Shown here: piece by piece, positions 1 through 8,669 of the stretch
Numbering within the stretch: position 1 is the first letter of the stretch
Layout of the letters: the number at the start of each line of letters is the position of its first letter
Assembly: GCA_964572965.1 (NCBI GenBank)
Contig: CAZNHL010000009.1
Coordinates: 4,836-68,835 of the forward strand
DNA from: an uncultured Bifidobacteriaceae bacterium
Lineage (GTDB): Bacteria > Bacteroidota > Bacteroidia > Cytophagales > UBA9547
Reading direction: 5' to 3'
DNA length: 64,000 nt
Program-made: the position numbers and the translations under genes
The notes under the pieces: generated by a model
The model's input: only the letters and a program-made list of their open reading frames with translations
Databases searched by the model: none
Told to the model about the DNA's origin: nothing

Positions 1-2
1 TT

Positions 3-2999
3 TCTGTACCACAAAACGAGAAAGGAGGCCGGCTTGAAACCGATAAATGGCATAATGTAAATATTGCTGTTGTGAATGCAGAAGGGAAACTCATAAACCG
101 TAAGGAAGTAGAAGTTACCTTATATAAAATGGATTGGCGCTGGTGGTGGGAAAACTCCTACGAAAATGTGGCCTATTATGTAAGTGACAATTACAAAGCT
201 GCGCTTAAGAAAGAAACACTGAGCCTTTCTAATGGTAAAGGTACCTGGAAAATGAAAATTGATTATCCGGCCTGGGGTCGCTACCTGGTACGTGTAACAG
301 ATCCTGTATCCGGACATTCAAGCGGTTCTATTGTTTATATAGACTGGCCGTCTACTTACAGCAGAGACAAGCGTGAAGGTTCAAACTGGGCAACCATGCT
401 TTCATTCACAACTGATAAACAAAAATACAATGTAGGCGACCAGGTTCACCTGACAATACCAAGCAGCGAAGGTGGCCGGGCCTTTATTTCATTAGAAAGC
501 GGCAGCAAGGTGGTTAAAACTTTCTGGGTTAAAACTACAGCAGGACAAACTGTTTATAGTTTTGAAGCAACAGCAGACCTATCACCGAACGTGTATGCGC
601 ACGTTACCCTGATCCAGCCACATAAAAACACCACCAACGATCTTCCGATCAGGATGTATGGTGTGATACCGTTTTTTGTGGAAGACCCTAACACCCATAT
701 TACACCCAAAATGACAATTCCGGATGTATTGAGACCGGATGAGGACTATACAATCAAAGTAAATGAGGAAAAAGGCAAAGCAATGACCTACACCATTGCC
801 ATTGTAGATGAAGGGCTGCTTGATCTGACAAAATTCAAAACTCCTGATCCTTGGAAAAGCTTCTATTCACGTGAAGCTTTGGGTGTAAAAACCTGGGATT
901 TATACGACTTTGTTTGTGGCGCCTATGGTGTTCAGCTAGAGCGCATACTTGCCATTGGTGGTGATGAGGAATTGAAAAACAAAGGAGGCATGAAAGCTTC
1001 CCGCTTTAAACCGGTAGTAAGTTACCTTGGCCCATTTACATTAAAGGCCGGAGCCAGCAATAATCACGTAGTACATATGCCAAATTATATAGGCTCTGTA
1101 AGGGCAATGATTGTTGCAGGAGAAGAAGGCGCTTATGGCGCTACTGAAAAAACAATCCCGGTAAAACAGTCGCTGATGGTACTGGGTACACTTCCTCGTG
1201 TGCTTGGGCCTCAGGAAAATGTTAAGCTGCCTGTCAACCTGTTTGCTACAGACAATACAGTTAAAAACGTTACTGTAACTGTCGAGACCAACAAATTGCT
1301 TTCTATTCAGGGCTCAGCCACTCAAAACCTGAGCTTCACCAAACAAGGCGAAAAAATGGCTTATTTCAATCTAAAAACAGAAAGTATCCTTGGTGTTGGT
1401 GAAGTACTTATCAAAGCTACTTCAGGCAAAACTGTTACTACCTACAAAGTTGAACTGGATATACGTAACCCAAGTCAGCAAATCATAGATGTAAAGGAGT
1501 TTGCTGTTCCTGCAGGAAAAACGATTAATGCGAGCATTAACCCATTAGGTATGGCAGGTACTAATCGTGCAACGTTGGAAGTTTCGAGTATTCCTGCTAT
1601 TAACCTGGAATCACGTCTGAACTACCTCATTACCTATCCGCATGGTTGTATAGAACAAACAACTTCATCTGTTTTCCCTCAGCTTTATCTTACCGGTATC
1701 CTTGACCTGAATGAATCATACAAAGCTGAAATTGAGAGAAATGTGAGAGCCGCGATTGAAAAGCTCCAGAGCTTCCAGACAGCCGACGGTGGTTTCTCTT
1801 ACTGGCCCGGCGAAATGGTTGCTGACGAATGGGGAAGCAGTTATGCCGGTCATTTCCTTGTAGAAGCATCAAACAAAGGCTATCCCGTACCTGTTACCAT
1901 ACTTAAGAAATGGCGTAAATTCCAGTCTAAACTGGCAAACGATTATTCTTATAACGATAAACATCAATACGAATATCTGATGCAGGCTTATCGTCTCTAC
2001 ACTCTGGCATTGGCTAAAGAACCGGAACTGGGCGCTATGAACCGTATGCGTGAACAAAGCAAAGTCTCTAACCTGGCACGCTGGCAATTAGCTGCTGCTT
2101 ACATTATGGCCGGGCAGACAGAAGTCGGAAGGGCAATTGCCAAGTCTTGTAGCTATGAGGTTGATAAATATCGTGAATTCGGCTATACCTACGGCTCTGA
2201 CGATCGCGATCAGGCAATGATTTTAGAAGTTCTGAACCTGTTGAATGACCAGGCAGAATCTTATAATATGCTCAAAACAGTAGCATCGGCACTCAGCAGC
2301 CAGGAATGGATGAGTACTCAGACTACTGCTTATTGCTTAATAGCTGTGAGTAAATACGCTGAAAAAAATAGCACAAAAGCTACAATGGAGTTTAGCTACG
2401 ACTGGAATAAGGCAGGCAATAAAACCATTGAATCACCAAAAAGTGTTACTCAGGCTAATCTGCCGCTGAAAGAAGGCGCAACTAATTCACTATCATTACA
2501 TAATACGGGTAATGCGGTATTGTTTGCCAGGGTGATTTCAAGAGGTAAACCAATGTTTGATACCCAACCGGCAGGTGCAAACGGCTTACAAATGGAGGTT
2601 ACTTACAAAGACAAACAAGGCAAAAATCTGGATGTTACAAATATTGCTCAGGGTACAGATTTTTATGCTGAAGTAACTGTGAGTAATAATGGATTGCGTG
2701 GCAACTACCAGGAGCTGATTTTGTCACAGATATTTGCTTCAGGATGGGAAATTTTGAACTCACGCATAAACGAAGGCCCGGACAATAATAATAAAGGTGC
2801 CCAATATCAGGATTACCGTGATGACAGGGTATATACTTATTTTGACCTGCGCCAAAACGAACGTAAAACATTCCGCATTAACCTCAATGCAACCTATGAA
2901 GGCAAGTTCTACATGCCGCTCGTGAATTGTGAAGCCATGTATGACAATACTGTCTTTGCACGTCAGCCGGGTTATTGGGTGAATGTGGTTAAAAAATAA
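3..2999 (+). CDS. Bacterial alpha-2-macroglobulin (YfhM/MG2 family), 5' end truncated by the window edge
   Basis: Frame is open from base 3, so the ORF-track start at 72 is internal. Thioester motif PHGCIEQ (CxEQ), A2M-type bait region GGDEEL...RFKP, and C-terminal RDDRV...Y.MP.V.CEAMYD signature. Confidence 0.95.
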   Translation, partial: SVPQNEKGGRLETDKWHNVNIAVVNAEGKLINRKEVEVTLYKMDWRWWWENSYENVAYYVSDNYKAALKKETLSLSNGKGTWKMKIDYPAWGRYLVRVTDPVSGHSSGSIVYIDWPSTYSRDKREGSNWATMLSFTTDKQKYNVGDQVHLTIPSSEGGRAFISLESGSKVVKTFWVKTTAGQTVYSFEATADLSPNVYAHVTLIQPHKNTTNDLPIRMYGVIPFFVEDPNTHITPKMTIPDVLRPDEDYTIKVNEEKGKAMTYTIAIVDEGLLDLTKFKTPDPWKSFYSREALGVKTWDLYDFVCGAYGVQLERILAIGGDEELKNKGGMKASRFKPVVSYLGPFTLKAGASNNHVVHMPNYIGSVRAMIVAGEEGAYGATEKTIPVKQSLMVLGTLPRVLGPQENVKLPVNLFATDNTVKNVTVTVETNKLLSIQGSATQNLSFTKQGEKMAYFNLKTESILGVGEVLIKATSGKTVTTYKVELDIRNPSQQIIDVKEFAVPAGKTINASINPLGMAGTNRATLEVSSIPAINLESRLNYLITYPHGCIEQTTSSVFPQLYLTGILDLNESYKAEIERNVRAAIEKLQSFQTADGGFSYWPGEMVADEWGSSYAGHFLVEASNKGYPVPVTILKKWRKFQSKLANDYSYNDKHQYEYLMQAYRLYTLALAKEPELGAMNRMREQSKVSNLARWQLAAAYIMAGQTEVGRAIAKSCSYEVDKYREFGYTYGSDDRDQAMILEVLNLLNDQAESYNMLKTVASALSSQEWMSTQTTAYCLIAVSKYAEKNSTKATMEFSYDWNKAGNKTIESPKSVTQANLPLKEGATNSLSLHNTGNAVLFARVISRGKPMFDTQPAGANGLQMEVTYKDKQGKNLDVTNIAQGTDFYAEVTVSNNGLRGNYQELILSQIFASGWEILNSRINEGPDNNNKGAQYQDYRDDRVYTYFDLRQNERKTFRINLNATYEGKFYMPLVNCEAMYDNTVFARQPGYWVNVVKK

Positions 3000-3004
3000 T
3001 ACTT

Positions 3005-3034
3005 ATTCCCGCAGCAAATGCTGCGGGAATTTTT
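3005..3034 (+). terminator. Rho-independent terminator
   Basis: ATTCCCGCAGCA-AA-TGCTGCGGGAAT perfect 12-bp stem followed by TTTT, just after the A2M stop. Confidence 0.8.
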
Positions 3035-3131
3035 ACTTCCTGCTAACTACTCTAATTTAGTAACCGATGATTTTATAGTTAATTATAAATTAGTTTTCCT
3101 AATTTGACATTCAAACCAATTTAACCTTATA

Positions 3132-3557
3132 ATGAATCAAAAACCTTCTAACGCATTTATTGGTGCATCATGGATTGCCCTTGCAGCCGGTGTCCTTTCT
3201 TACAATATCGGTTTGTGGAACGCTGCAATGCTCCTGAATGAAAAAGGCTACTACTTTACCGTATTAATGTATGGTCTTTTTGCCGCAGTTTCAGTACAGA
3301 AAACAGTAAGAGATAAAATGGAAGGAATTCCGGTAACGAACATTTACTACGGCATCAGTTGGGTTTCTGCTGTTCTTGCCATCCTTTTACTCATCGTAGG
3401 TTTGTGGAATGCAAATACACTTACATCAAGTGAAAAAGGTTTTTACGGGATGTCGTTTTTATTGAGCCTGTTTGCTGCCATTGCAGTACAGAAAAACACA
3501 CGTGACAGTCAGCCTGTCCCAACTAAAACACATCATTCGGAAAAAGAACCGGCATAA
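3132..3557 (+). CDS. yiaA: Inner membrane protein YiaA (YiaAB two-helix repeats)
   Basis: Duplicated motif GLWNA...EKG(Y/F)Y...LF(A/G)A(V/I)(S/A)VQK.(V/T)RD and four hydrophobic segments. Confidence 0.88.
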   Translation: MNQKPSNAFIGASWIALAAGVLSYNIGLWNAAMLLNEKGYYFTVLMYGLFAAVSVQKTVRDKMEGIPVTNIYYGISWVSAVLAILLLIVGLWNANTLTSSEKGFYGMSFLLSLFAAIAVQKNTRDSQPVPTKTHHSEKEPA

Positions 3558-3573
3558 TCTTTTAATAATATCC

Positions 3574-3616
3574 AAAAGTGAGGGGTACTTTCTTAAAGAA
3601 AGTACCCCTCACTTTT
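3574..3616. terminator. Bidirectional terminator, 21-bp perfect inverted repeat
   Basis: AAAAGTGAGGGGTACTTTCTT-A-AAGAAAGTACCCCTCACTTTT between convergent ORFs, with A/T tails on both sides. Confidence 0.8.
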
Positions 3617-3649
3617 TGTATAAGTTTATTGGATCTATAAAATCAATTT

Positions 3650-3802
3650 TTACTTTTTCTTCACATCCATTTTTTTAACCAACTTCTCAATCTGCTCTAA
3701 AGATCTTGAAGCTTCCTGTTTGTCAAATGTATAATCCTTGATTTTAACTGGCTTTCCATCACTTCCCAATGATGTGATCCTTTTATTGGTGAATATAGCC
3801 AT
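3650..3802 (-). CDS. Small basic hypothetical protein (50 aa, MAIFTNKR...)
   Basis: Non-overlapping ORF ending next to the bidirectional terminator. Start chosen at internal ATG 3802. No recognisable family. Confidence 0.5.
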   Translation of the reverse strand: MAIFTNKRITSLGSDGKPVKIKDYTFDKQEASRSLEQIEKLVKKMDVKKK

Positions 3803-3969
3803 ATCAGTATTTTTTATATGATACATCAAATCTACAAAAGTGTTAAGCATTCTTCACAAATAAATACCTGATTTTCAAATAAATATCCTGTTTTTGTTTG
3901 AGTTAGACCGTTAAAGGCCTATCTTGATTAGATATACCTACCAATTTTTACTCCTAACCAATAACCACA

Positions 3970-4875
3970 ATGGCAGACAAAAAAGATTTAGATTTTACAT
4001 ACACCACTATCGATGAGATATTTCGCCTGAGCATGGGTGAAAGCAGTGATTACAGTGGTGCAAAGTATGATGGTGATTTTACTATGTCACTGGAAGCGGC
4101 ACAAAAGGCTAAACACAAATTTATTGCCGATAGTTTAAATATTAAAGGAGGCAGCAAGGTGCTGGATATGGCTTGTGGCTGGGCACCATTTACCAATTAT
4201 ATTGTGAATGAAAGAGGTGCAGAAAGTATTGGCCTCACATTGTCACAAGGACAAGCCAATGCCTGTAAAGCAAACGGTTTCAATGTAATCGTACAGGATT
4301 GCCGTACTGTTAAACCCGAACATTTCGGAACATTCGATGCTATTACCTGTATTGGTGGCTTGGAACATTTTGTTTCTGTGGAAGAATATAAAGCGGGCAA
4401 GCAAGAGCAGATTTACAGAGACTTCTTCAAAACATTGAACGACCTTTTGCCCGTTGGGGGCAGGTTTTACATGCAGACTATGGTTTTTAGCAAAAACATG
4501 GTTGATTATGAAACAATCAGCGTAGATGCTCCAAAAGACTCTGCAGCTTATATGTGTGCATTAATGGTAAAACAGTTTCCCGGCTCATGGTTACCGTACG
4601 GTCCGGAAATGGTGATCAAAAATGCCGAACCTCATTTTAAACTGATTTCCCAAAGCAGCGGAAGACTGGATTACATCGAAACGATCGGCCAGTGGCGTAA
4701 GAAATTCCGGAAGTTTAACCTGAAAAAATACTGGCTCTACCTCTCTCTCGTTCCCAAGTTCATTACAGATCGTGAATTCAGGCATCAGGTAGCCGTTTTT
4801 AAAGTAAGCCCTAACAGGGTTTGTTTTGAAAAAGAAATTATGGATCACTACAGATTGGTATTTGAGAAAGTATAA
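3970..4875 (+). CDS. SAM-dependent methyltransferase, cyclopropane-fatty-acid/mycolic-acid synthase (CMAS)-like
   Basis: DYSGAKY, SLEAAQ.AK, VLDMACGW (SAM motif I), FDAITCIGGLEH, L..GGRF.MQT and FPGSWLP match Cfa/CMAS motifs. Confidence 0.85.
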   Translation: MADKKDLDFTYTTIDEIFRLSMGESSDYSGAKYDGDFTMSLEAAQKAKHKFIADSLNIKGGSKVLDMACGWAPFTNYIVNERGAESIGLTLSQGQANACKANGFNVIVQDCRTVKPEHFGTFDAITCIGGLEHFVSVEEYKAGKQEQIYRDFFKTLNDLLPVGGRFYMQTMVFSKNMVDYETISVDAPKDSAAYMCALMVKQFPGSWLPYGPEMVIKNAEPHFKLISQSSGRLDYIETIGQWRKKFRKFNLKKYWLYLSLVPKFITDREFRHQVAVFKVSPNRVCFEKEIMDHYRLVFEKV

Positions 4876-4877
4876 AT

Positions 4878-4909
4878 AATAGAAAGGGGGCTTAAGCCCC
4901 CTTTCTATT
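4878..4909. terminator. Bidirectional terminator, 32-bp perfect palindrome
   Basis: AATAGAAAGGGGGCTTAAGCCCCCTTTCTATT between convergent genes, overlapping the mlaD stop. Confidence 0.8.
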
Positions 4910-5609
4910 TCTTCTCTTGTTCTTTTTTCTGTTTTTCCTGCTCTTCCTTTTCCATTTTTTTGTAACCGCCTTTTAACAGGAAAGACCTTTTTGCAGCTTC
5001 CATGTTCTGACTAAAGCCTTTAGTTCCCTGTTTAAGGTTTACTATAGTAGTACCGAGGTTATCAGCAAACACAGTATCCATAAACAATTTTCCTACAGTA
5101 CCTTTCCCCCTTCTAATATTATGAGTAATTACAGCAAGGTCTGTAGTAATTTTAGCTGCATTGTCGGTAGTAACCCGAAGCTGGCTCATCAACTGATCCA
5201 TACTCACCGGTGTTTCAGTAATAATCACATCTCTGTCCTCTATGATTTCAGAGCTGGAACCGGGCACAATGTTAATGGCTTTATTACCCATCAGGCCTTC
5301 AGAAGATATTAATGCCAGGGCATCTTTTTTAATAAATTTTTTGGTCTCCGAGTTGATCACCATATCCACCCTTACAGTAGAATCAGTTACTATTTCTATC
5401 TTATCAATAATACCAACACTGATTCCGAGAAAGCGGACGTTATCGCCAACCATCAGGCCACTGACATTTTTAAATATCCCCTGTAACCTGAAAGTATTAC
5501 TGAAAAGTTGCTGGTGACTGCCTACCATGTATATTCCCAGAACAAACAAAGCAACGGCTGTTGATACAAATACTCCTAAAGTGATTTTATTCTTATTGTC
5601 CTTTTTCAT
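4905..5609 (-). CDS. mlaD: MlaD/MCE family substrate-binding protein
   Basis: N-terminal TM helix, MCE motifs GL.VGD.VRF.GI.VG.I and ISSEGLMGNK, helical C-terminus. Third gene of an E-F-D operon. Confidence 0.9.
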   Translation of the reverse strand: MKKDNKNKITLGVFVSTAVALFVLGIYMVGSHQQLFSNTFRLQGIFKNVSGLMVGDNVRFLGISVGIIDKIEIVTDSTVRVDMVINSETKKFIKKDALALISSEGLMGNKAINIVPGSSSEIIEDRDVIITETPVSMDQLMSQLRVTTDNAAKITTDLAVITHNIRRGKGTVGKLFMDTVFADNLGTTIVNLKQGTKGFSQNMEAAKRSFLLKGGYKKMEKEEQEKQKKEQEKK

Positions 5610-5623
5610 AACTGTAAATTTTT

Positions 5624-6385
5624 TTATTCAAAAAATGAACGGATCCATTCGTCATCCGATTTTCTTACTTCTTCATAAGTACCTTCAGCAACTACAAGAC
5701 CTTCCTTCAAAACTATTACACGGTTTGCTGTAAGGCGCGCGCACTCAATATCATGTGTGATAATGATTGAGGTTGTTTTATACTTTTTTTGCAGATCGAG
5801 AATAAGCTTACTTATTTCCTTAGAAGTAATAGGATCAAGACCTGTCGTAGGTTCATCATAAAGCATGATTTCCGGTTTCAATATCATCGTTCTTGCCAGA
5901 CCGACTCTTTTTCTCATACCACCTGAAAGTTCCGAAGGCATTTTGTCGATTGCTTTTTCAAGCCCTACATTGTCAAGCGCTTCTACCACCAAAGCATCTA
6001 TTTTCGTTTGTTTTAAACCTGAATCCCTTAAAGGAAACTCCAGATTTTCACGCACAGACATCGAATCGTATAAGGCAGCACTCTGAAACAAAAAGCCGAC
6101 TTTTTTTCTCGCAAGATTAAGTTCTTTTTCTTTGAGTTCAGACATGTTTTTCCCTAAAAGAACGACTTCACCCTCGTCGGCTTTCAGGAGCCGGATCATA
6201 CATTTGATCAAAACCGATTTTCCTGTACCCGATTTTCCCAACACAACAAGGTTTTCTCCTCTGCGGATACGTAAGCTTACTCCTTTGAGTACATGATGGT
6301 CTCCAAAAGACTTTTTGAGACCTTTAATATCAACTACAAATTCTGCATTTGTAATATCATCTATATTTTCTGCCTTTTCTTTCAT
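5624..6385 (-). CDS. mlaF: MlaF-type ABC transporter ATP-binding protein
   Basis: Walker A GKSGTGKS, Q-loop FQSAALYDSM, signature LSGGMRKR, Walker B MLYDEPTTGLDP, H-loop ITHD. Confidence 0.92.
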   Translation of the reverse strand: MKEKAENIDDITNAEFVVDIKGLKKSFGDHHVLKGVSLRIRRGENLVVLGKSGTGKSVLIKCMIRLLKADEGEVVLLGKNMSELKEKELNLARKKVGFLFQSAALYDSMSVRENLEFPLRDSGLKQTKIDALVVEALDNVGLEKAIDKMPSELSGGMRKRVGLARTMILKPEIMLYDEPTTGLDPITSKEISKLILDLQKKYKTTSIIITHDIECARLTANRVIVLKEGLVVAEGTYEEVRKSDDEWIRSFFE

Positions 6386-6390
6386 AAGGC

Positions 6391-7191
6391 TTACATAAAA
6401 AAGCTTGTTACCTGAACGGCAATCATATCAATAATAAAAATGGCTAAGGAAGCTTCTACTACAGCCGAATTTGCTGCTTTTCCTACACCTGCAGTACCCT
6501 CATTTGATGTATAGCCTTTGAAACACGAAATCAGACCTATAGCCAGCCCGAAGAATATTGATTTACAGAACGCGGGAATAATATCAATAAAATGCAGGCT
6601 CGCGAATACTTGTCCGAAAAACAGCCTCATGCTCACCTCCGACTTTATATTGACCCCGACATAAGACCCTATAAAACCAATTGCATCTGAAAAAATCACC
6701 AGAAGCGGAATCATCAATGTTGTGGCTACTATACGAGTTACAACTACATAATTGAAGGGATTGATTCCTGAAGCCTCCATGGCATCTATCTGTTCTGTTA
6801 CTTTCATAGAAGATAGCTCTGCACCAATGCCCGACCCTGTTTTCCCCGCACAAATAACTGCCGTAATTACCGGTGCAATTTCACGTACAATTGAAATGGA
6901 AACCATGGCAGGCAACCAGGATTCTGCACCAAACTGTGCTAATGTGGGTTGAGACTGAAGCGTAAGCACAAGCCCCATGATAAATGCTGTAATTCCCACT
7001 AAAGGCAGCGATTTATAACCCAGCAGATAACACTGCTTTAAAAGCTCGTTCAACTCGTAAGGAGGCTGAACCAACTGGCTGAAAAAACGACCGGTAAACC
7101 TTGTCAGTAAAGTTATTTCTTCAAAAAAACGCCTGATGGCAGAGCTTTCTTCGAAAACTTCGTTCTCTTCAACTGAATTCTCTTTTTCCAT
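6391..7191 (-). CDS. mlaE: MlaE family ABC transporter permease
   Basis: VREIAPVITAVICAGK.GSGIGAELSSMKVTEQIDAME is the MlaE signature; C-terminal G.AGVGKA...AVV. Confidence 0.92.
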   Translation of the reverse strand: MEKENSVEENEVFEESSAIRRFFEEITLLTRFTGRFFSQLVQPPYELNELLKQCYLLGYKSLPLVGITAFIMGLVLTLQSQPTLAQFGAESWLPAMVSISIVREIAPVITAVICAGKTGSGIGAELSSMKVTEQIDAMEASGINPFNYVVVTRIVATTLMIPLLVIFSDAIGFIGSYVGVNIKSEVSMRLFFGQVFASLHFIDIIPAFCKSIFFGLAIGLISCFKGYTSNEGTAGVGKAANSAVVEASLAIFIIDMIAVQVTSFFM

Positions 7192-7388
7192 TTATGTAAT
7201 CAAAAAATGTTTAAAATTGCTTTGTCAGGATTCTAAACCGATCTTTTATTCTTTATTTACCTATTTTCCACGAGAAATCAAAATAAAGTCGGTTTTATAG
7301 ATGATAAGCCGCTGTTTTTAAATTAATCCAAATACTTTACAGGCATTATTTAAAATCATACCTTTTGAGAATAATTCAGTGTATTAAA

Positions 7389-8633
7389 ATGCCGCTACTT
7401 AATACAAAAGTTCAGATAGTCTTTTTTTTCATACTGCTTTCTGCTGCACTGCTTTTCAGGTCAGAAATTGAAAAAACACATTATTGTACTCCCGACTCAA
7501 AATATTATCTTGAAGTATCAGACAACATTTTAAAAGGACTTGGTCCTGTAGGTCCTCCTGTATTTGGATATGACAGCAGCGCAAAAGCTGTTGTCACTTT
7601 CCGGCAAAAAACACAATTCGGCAATCCGGATACCTACGATAAACAATACTTTGCCATCTGGCCATTAGGGTATCCTTTGGCAATTGTAGCTGTTGCTTCT
7701 GTTACTAACCTCTCTCCTCTCTGGGCTTCTAAAGTTTTAAATATTCTGTTACTTGCTGTCAGTTTTTACCTTTTATGGATATTACTGGATTCCCATGCAC
7801 TCTTGTCTGTTTTTTATTTTGGGAGTTATACTATGCTGGAAATCTGTTCTTACACTTGGTCAGAGAACTTATATCTTCCCTTGTTTCTGCTTTTTCTTCT
7901 TTCAATTAAAAAAATCCATAAGAGCAATAGCTTCTCGGTAAGGTGGATATTTCTATTCACTCTTTCTTTATCAGGAATGTGTCTTGCCAGATACGCCTCT
8001 GCCGTCTATTTTATTGTAGGAGGAATTATCCTGCTTTATTACTTCTATAAATCTGAAAAAAGTAAGTCCATTGCAATTGCTCTGGGTTTGTTTTTCAGTA
8101 GTCTGATTTTCATAAGTTACTTATATATAAACTATTTAAAAACCGGCTATATAACAGGCATGCAAAGAACCGATATCCAGGAATTAAGTTTCTGGCAGCT
8201 AGTTCAACTGTTCTGGCTAGGTATGTTTAACCAGTTACATATTATAAAACAGTTCAGGTTCAACGGCAATGCTGATTTTATACTATATCTCCTTTTAACA
8301 ATTATCCAGATTGCTGTGATATTTTTTATTATTTATCAGCTACGCAAAAAACAATATCAGTTGCGATTTGATACACTTGCCCGCTTACTGCTTTTAAACA
8401 GTTCTGTCTATTTAGTTTTTATTACTTACCTCACATTTAATTCTACCATAGACCCTTTCGATTATCGCACCCTGCTCCCTTTTACATTTCCACTAATAAT
8501 CGCTCTGCTTTTTACACTGGAAAAAGAACTCCGGAAAAAGCATCAAATGATGCTAATGCTGATTATTCAGGGGTTTTTCCTCTTTTCATTAATCATGAAT
8601 TTACCAAAACATTATTTGCTGAGCCTGCTTTAA
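7389..8633 (+). CDS. Polytopic membrane protein, possibly a GT-C-fold glycosyltransferase
   Basis: About 10 hydrophobic segments. First loop has PDSKYY, followed by WPLGYP, SENLY and LARY motifs, reminiscent of GT-C (PMT/ArnT-like) enzymes. Start set at ATG 7389; the ORF track uses TTG 7365. Confidence 0.6.
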   Translation: MPLLNTKVQIVFFFILLSAALLFRSEIEKTHYCTPDSKYYLEVSDNILKGLGPVGPPVFGYDSSAKAVVTFRQKTQFGNPDTYDKQYFAIWPLGYPLAIVAVASVTNLSPLWASKVLNILLLAVSFYLLWILLDSHALLSVFYFGSYTMLEICSYTWSENLYLPLFLLFLLSIKKIHKSNSFSVRWIFLFTLSLSGMCLARYASAVYFIVGGIILLYYFYKSEKSKSIAIALGLFFSSLIFISYLYINYLKTGYITGMQRTDIQELSFWQLVQLFWLGMFNQLHIIKQFRFNGNADFILYLLLTIIQIAVIFFIIYQLRKKQYQLRFDTLARLLLLNSSVYLVFITYLTFNSTIDPFDYRTLLPFTFPLIIALLFTLEKELRKKHQMMLMLIIQGFFLFSLIMNLPKHYLLSLL

Positions 8634-8669
8634 TGCAAATTTGAATTGGGTATATCTTACTTTCGTAGC

